From the NCBI GenBank assembly GCA_963693365.1, contig CAVNZM010000006.1, positions 10,295,355 through 10,359,354 of the forward strand: a stretch of 64,000 bases of DNA, in the 5' to 3' direction. Source of the stretch: Amoebidium appalachense. Taxonomy: Eukaryota > Protista > Ichthyosporea. Both the position numbers and the translations under genes were made by a program. Within the stretch, counting starts at the first letter, position 1. The number at the start of each line of letters is the position of its first letter. The notes beneath the pieces were generated by a model that made no database searches, was not told the origin of the DNA, and saw only the letters and a list, made by a program, of their open reading frames with translations. Positions 35,890 to 64,000 of the stretch are shown piece by piece.

Positions 35890-37328
35890 GGGGGGGGGGG
35901 GGAGGAGCGGGGGGGGGGGGGGGGTTGGTTACGGAGGGGGGGGGGGGGGGGGGGGAGGGGTGTATTCCGTTGCCCCATTCTAGCTGTCATGGTTTTGGGA
36001 GGTGTCTGAATGGTTTGGTAGTGCATGTAGCATGATGTGGTGGTTGGCTGACTTTCTGCTAATAGCGCCATTTCATGTGTGCTTTGCACATAGCCATGCG
36101 CACATCTGCACTCTTTGTACAGTCATGCACACTTGCACATGGGTAACCCCAACAAAACACAGATGCACGATATTGTGCGTGCACCGAACCCCACATTGAC
36201 ATCCCACCCACCCCACCTTTGCACCTGAGGACCCACGCTGCTTGACTCATGCACACATGCACGTACACCAGATGGCACAGTGGTTTGAGCTGTAGATGAT
36301 TGGGCAAGCAAAGTGTCATTCCCCTTCCTCTGTAACCTGCACTCTAACGTTTCAATCCACATCAATGCCCCCCCCCCCCCCCCCCCCCTTCCCGGCTTGG
36401 AACAGCCCCCATAGAACGGGTGGGTAGCATACATCCTTGTATGTCTAGCTGATTGTGGGGGATTCATGGTCGAAAGAGAAAGAGCACGCAGATTAGAAAA
36501 AGGCAAAGGAATTGTGGGGTTCAGTGCGTGTTTGGGGCTTGTTATTGGAGGGAAAGTGAAATCCCTTTGTGTTGCGTGTTTGCCCGTATGCACCCAATGT
36601 GCACATGCACACTATCCATCAGCACTCATCCCTTGTGATTTCACCTGCAGACTCGCCCAAGCGGCTGTTTGTAGCCGTGCAACCACCGCAGATGCAGCGT
36701 GTGCACATCAGCCGGTTTGACGTGCGTGCGGGTGTGGATGTGGACATGGTGGGTGCCCCCGAGGCCCTGGCCCTGTGCACGGTGGTCAACACCCTGGGTA
36801 CGGCCACACACAGGGCCGGGCCGGACTGGCTGTTTGTGGCGGCCAGCATGGGCTACGAGCTGTACATCTACTTCACGTACAGCATGTACTGCGTGTGCAT
36901 TGCATGCATCATATGCATCATGTGCATCCCCACCTCCGCATGAATCCCGGCCCTCTTTTTTTTGGACTGCCACTTAGAGTATATCTTCGTATGTGTTAGC
37001 TCTTCTCTTCCCCCTAGTCCGTGCATGCCCCCTGGATCCTCCCTCTTACACATACATAGTATCCTTTCACTGTGAGTTGCACTCGTTCTCCCTCACCCCC
37101 CCCCCCCCCCCCCCCTGCAACCAGTTCTGATGATCCCCCCCCCCTCCCCCCACCCCCATCCACCCACCCACCCACCCACCACACACAAACTCACGCACAC
37201 ACACGTCTCCTATGCTCGGTAGTTTTCTGGACAGTCGAGTCTTTGAGTGGAACTTCTTGTTAAATCATTGCCAGGTTTTTAGGTCCAGACATGATAGTGT
37301 TTCGAATGTTTGCTTCATGCGTACATGA
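33053..37328 (+). CDS. Orphan multi-exon hypothetical protein (ends uncertain)
   Basis: Phase-compatible GT-AG exons: ~33053-33201 (MHDFGQQTRLVYGFEVDP...), 33341-33488, 34054-34224, 35429-35571 (...LNVPVEFIFVEGYDFDGTN), 36651-~36876 (SPKRLFVAVQPP...), and a possible last exon ~37234-37328. GC3-rich codons like the other genes. Confidence 0.6.
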
Positions 37329-37679
37329 CGGTAAAAGAAAATCTAGTTCGTTCATATTTTTACAGAATGGTTACAGAACGCGAGTATATCAAACTGGATA
37401 ATGCCCAAATGACATATTTGCCAATACAGTAGACAGTGTGCTGTAAGTCAGCGGACAGTACTTGATTGTGGCCGTGCATACATTATGATAACATGTACAT
37501 ATGAATGTAGCTCGGTGGCGGCCATGTTAGCCCCATAACATAACCCCATGGTAGCACACCAGTAAATGCTATGATACCAGCTATTGTAAATGCGGCTCAC
37601 GTGTGAGATACAATGCATTGTGTTTCTCCCTTGCTCTTGCACCCAGACTGTAACACCACTACGTGATGTATGCGGCCAC

Positions 37680-37930
37680 TTTTTTAGTTGCTTTATAATT
37701 TGAACCATATTCCTATTTTTTCTTTTAATCGTTAATAGATATTCCTACCTTTTTAGGTGCTATGTATATTACTACTTTTTTTTTAATCGTTAATAGTGCT
37801 ATGTATTTTCCATTTTTTTTTTTTAATCGTTAATAGACATTCCTACTTTTTTAGTTCCTATGTTCCTACCTTTTTTTTTCACGGTTTGATAAATAATTCT
37901 ACTTCTTATATTCCTATTTTTTTATATCGT

Positions 37931-37995
<65 letters not shown>

Positions 37996-38049
37996 TTCTT
38001 CTTTCTTCATTGTTGTATGATCCTGTTGTAGATCTTCTATTCCTACTTT

Positions 38050-38090
<41 letters not shown>

Positions 38091-38180
38091 CTTCTTTCTT
38101 CATTGTTGTATGATCCTGTTGTAGATCTTCTATTCCTACTTTTCTAGTTGCTTATAGGATTTGAACCCATTATTCCTCCT
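37680..38180. repeat. AT-rich degenerate minisatellite containing an internal tandem duplication
   Basis: Recurring ATTCCTA(C/T)TTTT and TTAATCGTTAATAG units; (TA)n-TTTCTTCTTTCTTCATTGTTGTATGATCCTGTTGTAGATCTTCTATTCCTACTTTTTCT occurs twice; related sequence at 38740-38810. Confidence 0.8.
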
Positions 38181-38667
38181 CCTTTCTTGGTTGTTTCAAA
38201 ATTTCATACCGAACCGTTGCAGTGGCATATGAGTTGAGCCAGCTAGACGGCACACGTACGCAACCCACTAAGCAGGGCAGACATGATGTTCACAGCATGC
38301 GCATGCACCTGCAGCTGACAAGGCGGGATTTCCCCCCCCAAAACCACCATAGCCACCACCACCCACCCAAAACCAACCAACCCAAAAAAACAAAAAAAAA
38401 AAAAAAGGCAACGCCCCCCTTCCCCCGGTGGTTTTTTATGATGCTAGATCGCATCCCTTTTTGTTGCTACATGATTTCTAGGTTAAGCACGGCTCAGAGC
38501 TTGATGGTGGCCACATCATACCAGCTAGAGGCAAACCCTGTGAATGGCAAAGAGCAGTTGAGCTAGTAGGAACTGGGGGGTTGACTTGACAGCTAATCAC
38601 GGAAAAAACGGAAAAACCTAAACAAGTCTTACTAAAGATGAGAGCAACTGACTCTGCCGCAGAGGTC

Positions 38668-38708
<41 letters not shown>

Positions 38709-39730
38709 ACGGAATTCTAATATATACATATTCACTCGCACATTCCTACCTTTTTCATTGTTTTATGATCCTGTTTTAATATACCTACTTTTTTATTTGT
38801 TTTCTAGAAACTTTTTTTTTTTTTTTTAACGCACTCGCAAACAACAACCTGTGCATAACAGCATAACAGTATTAAGTATTACTTCAGTCACACATGTACA
38901 CTCGCAGATGTATGCGCGCGCGCACACACTCAAGATCACGTGAAGTTGCACTCACACAAACGCCTGTAGGTGCACTCACTCAAGACCTGCCTATGCAGGT
39001 GAACTCGCTCCCAAACATATGTAGTTGAGCTCTCACACGGGTGGCACCGTAGGGGCACGCGCGCACACACATACACACACACACACGAATGTCGTGGAAT
39101 CCCCCCCCCCCTTTCCCGCCCGCCCACAGGCATGGTTTCTTTTCTCTCGAAGTCTCTCCCTTCCTCCCTTGCAGACCCTGTCCTCTGATACCCCTCACCA
39201 TCATTTCACTGCACAAATACACTCAACGTCTTTTGGGCCAGTCACCGGCTGGGGTACATGTTGTATCAATTCTGCCAAACACACCACCATACAGGCACTA
39301 GCCGCATGTTGGACTTCGATTTTATTCACGTTAATAGAATGATTATGAAGTAACATCAATTCAACTACGAGAAACCTGAAGCTACTTCATATATCAAGGT
39401 TAGTACTACAGCAAAAAACACGATTGGTGGTTCGAAAGAACAAGACTACCTCTATACATGTATCTCATAAGAAGTGGGTCATGTAGAGTAGACGTCAACC
39501 CAAGGTGCTCTAAGTTAGTTATGTCACGGCAAATCGGGCTAACAAAAAACCACACTATTCAATGCTGCTGAAACCAAATTGAGAATTGTTCAAGTCAAAA
39601 GTATCAACCAGATCAAAAAACCAGCACACCTATACGGACGTACAAAGGGAGTTAAGCCAGGCATATAGACCCACAGGCACAACAGTTGATGCCTAATCAC
39701 GCGCCACCAATACTCGCATAATGCAACGCT

Positions 39731-40281
39731 CTAGTGGGTGGAGGGGGGCATGGGGTAACCTGACGCACTCGTACCTGGGTAATTCGGGATGGGGGAGGGG
39801 GGTGCTTGGGGGTAACCGGTGGGGTTTGGCGAGGGGGGTGCAGCACCCGCAAAGGGATTTGTGGCTGCATACTGCTGTGGGGGGTAGGGGCTGAAGGGGT
39901 CATATTGGGCCGGGGGAGGCGCATACTGTTGGGGGGCAGACACGGTGGGTGGGTAGGCGGTACCGGGTGGGGGGGCTGCATACTGCTGGGGTAGGGGCAT
40001 GCTGGGGGGGTAGGCCGATGGGCGTGGGGCCCCATATGGTTGGGCCGGGGGATAGGCCATGCCTGGGGCACCGGCAGGGAATGGGGGCTGGGTGGGGGTG
40101 TCGAGACTGATCAGATTGGCTACGGCCGGGGCAGCTACGGGTGGGGCCGAGGGGGCTGAGGCCTGAGGACTGGCTGCCTGGGCGATGAGACGGCGCCTGT
40201 GCTCCTTGAGGGCAGCCTTCTTGGTCTTGTAGGTGCCCTTGACACCATTGTACTTGCTGTCCACCTGTGTGCAGCGGGGGG

Positions 40282-40326
<45 letters not shown>

Positions 40327-42522
40327 GGGGGAGGGGGGGTCAGTACGATCAAAGAGGTGGCTGGGATAGGATGAATGCGTATGAGATAAGGGTAATCGAG
40401 TCACGTACATGTGTGCACGGTGTGTGTGCATCTTCAGCACGGTGGTGGTGCCGGGGGGGAGGGGGAGAGCTCAGGGGGGAGAGAGAGAGAGAGAGAGGGG
40501 GGCGGAGGGGGGGGTGTATAACGGCAGTGGGAGGGAATCAAACGTGCTGGCTGGGTAACGAGTTCCGTGTGTGTGTGGTCTTGTGCATGTTACGGTATGT
40601 ATGTTTGTGTATCCGTTTCTGTGTGTGTGCGTGAATATTTATGCTCGTTTCTGCTTGCACGTGTATATGCATGTTCGTGTTCGTGTTATTGATTGTATGA
40701 GCACATGTGTTCGTTTCTGTTTGTGCATATGTGAGTGACGGTAAACGGCAACATGCATGAGCAAGTGAGCACCAACGTTCCGTGCCACGATGTGTGTGCC
40801 TATGTCTGTTCTGTCTCTATTCGTGTGCGTGCACTTGATTGTGTGTCAATAATGTGTGTGTGTGTGTGTGGGGGGGGGGGAGGGGGGGGGAGGGGGGGGG
40901 GGGGGAAGGAGAGGGATCAGAGGCGGGGCAAGGGATTTTCTGTGCATGCTCTGTGATGGTAAACAGTCGTGTGAACAGGGCTAATGGTTGCTAAGGTTCA
41001 TTGAAGCATTTTGAACAAAGCTTTCAGGTCAACTGAGTTTTGATAGAAGAAGCTGTTGGGCATTTACACGGACAGTGTGGGGATTCGGGGGAGGGGGGTG
41101 AAGGGGGGGAATGGAAAGGAGGCACCGGGAGGGGTGAGGGGCAGGGAAGGGGTTGAGCAGGATGGAAGCAGGGGGAGGAGCGGGAGAGGGGGGGGGGGAG
41201 GGGGGCTGATAGGGCCTAGGAGTGAAAGAAGAACCAAACGGAGGATATAGGTAAACTTCTAATGGAGGTAGGGGTGTTTCACAGGGAAGCCCAAGGTGTA
41301 TGGGCAGAGGAGGCAGAGGGGGGGGAGGATCACGTACGTCCTTTTTGACACCCTCCACCCACTGCAGGCCCTGCTGCAGGTGCTGGTAGGTACGTGTCAC
41401 CCTCTCGAGGCTCTCCTTCACCTGCTTGGCTATGATCATGTCCACCATGATCCCGTCAAACAGAATGTCCATGGCGGGGCCCATGGCCTTGATTAACGCC
41501 GGGTCGATGGGCTGAATCTCGGGGATATACTCCTTGGCCCGCAACACCTCACCGGCTGCCGCCTGAATGGCCTGAGAGGCCTCTCTGAGGGTCTGGCGCT
41601 TCTTTATGTCCGCCATGTTGCCCATCAGCCCGCCGTTGCGTGGACCGATGTTCATCATCATGTCTGCGCCACATAGTTTCTGGGCCGCCTGCATGGCCTG
41701 CACGGACCGACCACACAGGGCCACACCCTTCTTCACGTGGTCGTGGCCCTTCTCGTAGTCGTCGTGCTTCTTGTGGTACTTCGTGTAGTCGGGCTTGAGA
41801 ATGGCCACCTCGCTCTGCAGGTCCTTCTCGTACTTGTCCCCGGCACCCGAGGGCCCGTCAAAGACCCTCTTGAGCAGCGCCTTCTGCTGCTCCTTGAGCC
41901 CCTTCAGGCCGGCCTCGTCCATGCTGACCCGTGCAAGGCCTGCAGTGATGGCCTTGAGCTCTGCATCTTTGGCTGCCACCGCCTTCTTTCTTGCTTCGAG
42001 CGCCACAGATGCCTCCTCTGCCTCCCTCTTTTCCTTGGCTACTTTCTCGTCTAGGTCCCCCCCTACCCGGGCCATGAACCGTGACACCCCGCGGTGCTCC
42101 AGCTTGCCCACGTCCTTGGCCTCCTTCTTGGCCTTAGCAGCCGCCTGCTGCGCTGCCGCCTGAGCCGCCTGAAGTTCGCGCTCGGCCTGAGACTTGCGCT
42201 GCTCCTCTCGGGCCTTGACGACGGGCAGGTTGAGCAACTCAAGGTTCTGCAGGATGGCTGTTAGATGACCGTCGAGTATACATTGAACCACAAAGCGCAA
42301 ATGTGTCTGAGATCCTCATGAATCCTTACCACCCTTCCCAAACAAGACCCTTGCTTCTCTCATCCCCGTACGGCATTGATTGTTGTAGTGCTGTGGTTGG
42401 CTTGGCAAGGGTGGGGAGTACAGTTGGCGAAATGCGCAGATGGAGAAATGGGTTAAACGTACCTTTATCTGGTCCCGGATGCGTATCCATTCCTGCACGT
42501 CAGGCGGTGCAATGGTAGCCAT
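39731..42522 (-). CDS. Coiled-coil hypothetical protein with Pro/Tyr-rich tail bearing endocytic motifs; 3 exons (42522-42463, 42246-41338, 40264-39731)
   Basis: MATIAPPDVQEWIRIRDQIK | NLELLNLP...KKEAKDVGKLEHRGVSRF...RVFDGPS...DILFDGIMVD...VKKD | VDSKYNG...NLISLD...YDPF...TNPF...PSTH*; phase-0 GT-AG introns; about 500 aa. Confidence 0.85.
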
Positions 42523-42669
42523 ATTGATGGTGCTAGAGGAGAGAACTATGAATGAAAAGCTTTAGTCGTATATTTACAGTCTCAGAGGGCCTAGGTACCA
42601 AAAACAAACATAAACTGTCAGCAAGTACAGTTTCAAATCTGTCAGAATGTGATCTTGCTCAGCGGCTGC

Positions 42670-42680
42670 TTTATATAGGC
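42670..42680 (-). promoter_or_regulatory. TATA box (GCCTATATAAA) of the coiled-coil gene
   Basis: Same 11-mer as upstream of RPS13, followed about 20 nt later by an Inr-like TCACATT; CCAAT further upstream. Confidence 0.6.
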
Positions 42681-43612
42681 CGATAGGCATCTTCTGTCGA
42701 TTTGATTGGACCCTGGTAAATCTCCCTACACTTCAAAGTTCTATATGCTCCGGCGTTTCAAAGGTCTTGGAAAATAAACCCAAAGTCCAAGCACCAAGAA
42801 GCCGACACACATGATTTTTTCAATATCAGCACTTTATGATTTGTATAGAGAGTTGAGGTCGTTAACTTTGACATCCAAAATACCAACGGTACCCTGCTCT
42901 TGAATGCTGATAAGGTGCACTATCTGAGACTCTGCCAGTAAAAAAAAAGCTTGCGGTTTTGTGCCATTGCAAAGAAGCCTAAAAAAGAAACATTCTCATG
43001 CTATGATTGGCTATCCGTCAGGCGTCTATCGTATGGGGCATTCCAGCATCACCCATGACGTCAACAAAACCTCCTCGCAAACGGCACGTACTGAGTGGCA
43101 CTGTCTAATGTAGGCTACTGCCCTATCACAGGTACAGTGCACCTATAAAACGTCTGAGGATGTCACCGTTGATTTCCTGGTTGCCGATTGCCAAAGAGGG
43201 CAGTGGTTTGGCCAATGTTCTGTCGGTGCATGGCAGTGCACAGCAGAACAGGCTTGGCTTGTCTTTGGCGCCACTGTGTCAATGTTACAAATTTGGCACC
43301 GGTCCGGGCATGATGACTCAACCATGCTGCACGGTGTGCATCAAGCATCGTTCTGGCCATGGGAGCTTGTGTACACTTGCAGGGATCATGCTAGCGCTCT
43401 GCCAGGCTGCGCTTTCGCAAGATGTAGGTCTAGGTCAGGCTGTGGTGATGGACAGTGACATGTTGTGTTAAGCTGTGCACAACGTCATATGTGGTGTCTT
43501 TTTTTTTTTACCACGGTGCCATGCTACAGTGTGGTCATGTGGTGACCCATACCGTGGGTAGCCCTTATTAGTATGTCGGTGGCAGCTGTCTATGAATCTC
43601 CATGTTCTGGAA

Positions 43613-43644
<32 letters not shown>

Positions 43645-44116
43645 AAAATGTAAATACGCTTTAATTATAAACTCATTTTTTTTTTTTGGAGATTGGCGAG
43701 TTTCTACTTACATGTTGCAGCCTTTTCATAATAGATAGTATTTATTATTGAGGCAGGTTCTGTTTTCTGCATACAGATTGAATTGAATTTCTTCCTCTTG
43801 CTGTACAATTTGAATTCTGCTCTTTGCAGAATGAGAAGGACGTTTATTTTGCTGCCACCAGCAGAAGCATACTTAGCGCCCATGCTCACTGCCTTGTAGA
43901 AAAGCGAACATTTCTTCCACTGAAAAATTCATCTAACTTCACATGCAATAATTTAGCTCGCGAGCACTCAAGTGTCACCCAGGCATGGCTCAACCTAAAT
44001 ATTTCTACCAGTGGCCCCAGTGGCCGGATGGGGTAAATAAGCTGAGATTGGGAAGCAACACTTGGCTTTAAATTTGTGCCTCCACCCGGACATGCCACTA
44101 GCACAAACATGCAACA

Positions 44117-61707
<17,591 letters not shown>

Positions 61708-63213
61708 ATTTAGAAGTTCTGGAGGGATAGATGTCTAAGCAAACTAAGTGTTGCACGGCTGCGTGTTGTTACATTCAAAAAAAAAAAAAAAAATGATGAA
61801 GCAGAAAACCCTTGCGGTGCAAAGCTAATGGAGCCTTTGTTGCTGGCGCCTTTATAAGAAGTCGAGGACACATAGGTGTCGTTCGAGCTTCAACAGGTGG
61901 GGTAGGATGAGGTGACCTTACAAACAGCTCTCTCTTACGCTTTAAGCTACGACATTCAACGGATGGAAGACAGGCAGTGGTTTTACTAGTTTTCTAGCCA
62001 GAAAAGTGCATGTGTGTAAGGGCGAGGCGAACCACGTGGAACAGCCACAAGCGATCAATCCCGATACTTTTTTTTGACCTTTTTTCTTCTGATCTTTAGC
62101 TTCCGACCGCTGTCCCCACACAGCCTGAAAGATGTCCATATTCTGGTCATACAAAAGAACGATGAAAGGGTTTCGATAAAATTTGTAAAATCTTCGGTTC
62201 ATCAGCCTGTAGTAAGGCCTCCTACTCTGACGCCTGTAGTTTGGCAAGAATCGTGAATTTTGAGCAACAGAAACACGGATCCCGGCTTACCTTAGCAGCC
62301 AGCAGCTCACGAACGCTCGTTGTTATTGGGCAGCAACTTTCCTTCCTTGTTCCATATGTCACTACGCTCTACACACACCACGCAGCACACCCAGCTGCTT
62401 GGACTATGGGAGCTACTTGGCCGTGCATGGTGCTCTCTCTCGAGGGAGAGTAAGGTCGGTTCTTGCTGCCGATGACAGCTGCAGAGTGACGCGCTAACTT
62501 GTCGCGCGACCTCATGATCACAAGACGTGAGAAAAAGTGGCCGTGAGCTGTGGACGTGGCAGTTGGCCAGTTGCGCACCTAGTTTTTGCCGCCACTTTAA
62601 ATATTAGCCATATATGGTACAACAATAACCTTAAAAGGCATTTGTGTCTACAATCCAAGTGATTGGTAGATACTGCACCACTGCAACACCCCAGACATGA
62701 TCAAGGTTGGGCCGCTGGGGGCAACTGTGGCACACGTACGTATGCATATGCACACGTTGACACAGGTCACAAACGCACACGCGGATATATCACGTGCACG
62801 CATAAATGCAGTTTTATGTGCACCAATGTTCATAGTCTTGCTAACACGGTGCATGGGCACAACAGATGTTGTGGATGCAGTGGATGCAGCACATGTGCAC
62901 CGTAGAAACATACGCCGCCCAACGGTACGTGCACCCATGGGCCATGTGCCGCAATGACAGTGCATGCCACGGACATGTACACACGCACCCCCACCCACGT
63001 AGTAGTACGTACACGTGCTGCTCACACACGCCCACAGGCACATGACCAACATGCATCAAAAACAGTCAAATGCACAGGTACAAACACCATATGCATGCGC
63101 ATACTCAGCTTGGATTCGAACGAAGGGCAATTCGGGATTCTAATAAACTCCCGGGGACCGAGTACTCACGTGAGTGAGTGAGTGAGTGTGTGTGTGTGCG
63201 AGTGAGTGAGTGA

Positions 63214-63255
<42 letters not shown>

Positions 63256-63300
63256 CTGTGTTTGTGTGTGCGTGTGTGTGCGTTCTGCACGTGTGTGTAC

Positions 63301-63336
<36 letters not shown>

Positions 63337-63359
63337 GCGTGCGTGTGTCTGACGTGTGT

Positions 63360-63419
<60 letters not shown>

Positions 63420-64000
63420 TTTCAACGGCCGCGGATCGACCATGAACATCGATATCGAGGGTCCCCTTGATACAGTATGTTGCTTAGTAAGGGTTATTTT
63501 TTGAGTTCATTTATAGCCATGCCTGCATATCTGCAGCTCTGATCAATTGGCAAATACCAGCCTGATCATGAAGCAACCAGGAAGGCTATCCATTATCATA
63601 CATGCCATACTAGTGACAACAGTCACCTGTTACTACTCCCCGTTCAATAAACACAAAAAAGAGATGCAATGGCACATGTCCTTCTACGTACCACTTTCTC
63701 AACACGTGCAATCGAGATCCATACAAGGTGTCCCTTAGGATAAACAAACGTATTTGAAGTGCAAAGGTGTTAAATCTTGAATGACCCTCACCAACTGTTA
63801 CAAATAATAGCATTCAAAGGATTGTCGAAACAGACAACCGAAAAAATAGATCACTGACATGAATAGCATAGGACCTAAACCGTCTTAACGAACACAGCTC
63901 ACAACAACATCTGTTTCTCTACAACGAAGTTCCCTCCTCTCTACTTGCCAAATAAGTAAGCGTATGCATCCCAAAACTCCGTGAACATCAATATTGAGCC

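Noticed and set aside
37680-38180. CRISPR-like array
   Set aside because: Units are degenerate and irregular with no unique constant-length spacers; eukaryotic context with no cas genes.
62241-63740. Possible gene divergent from RdRP, and a short motif at 63419-63466 similar to 23163-23200
   Set aside because: Candidate exons could not be phased into a consistent protein, and the similarity is short enough to be chance.

Overview
Eukaryotic nuclear DNA, intron-rich, with introns full of poly-C/poly-G runs and (CA)n/(GT)n microsatellites. Almost all of the supplied ORF track is repeat noise, so I assembled genes by eye from GT-AG exons. The organism is probably an opisthokont-like protist; this is inference and is not determined. 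Recognisable genes: an SLC35F6-like transporter (+, ~13 exons) hosting a tRNA-Glu(CTC) in an intron; RPS13/uS15 (-); a signal-peptide, bacterial-type PI-PLC fused to about 6 TM helices (-); a coiled-coil protein with a clathrin-box/DPF/NPF tail (-); a ~17.6 kb RNAi-type RNA-dependent RNA polymerase gene with a DYDGD motif (-); and two orphan multi-exon genes. Non-coding items of note: a 4-copy dispersed element with CCAAT/TATA-like motifs and a structurally conserved 3' hairpin, mirror-image C/CA...GT/G intron architecture, poison-splicing signals in the RPS13 intron, and several recent tandem duplications. Exon boundaries and family calls come from manual reading and remembered family motifs; no searches were run.
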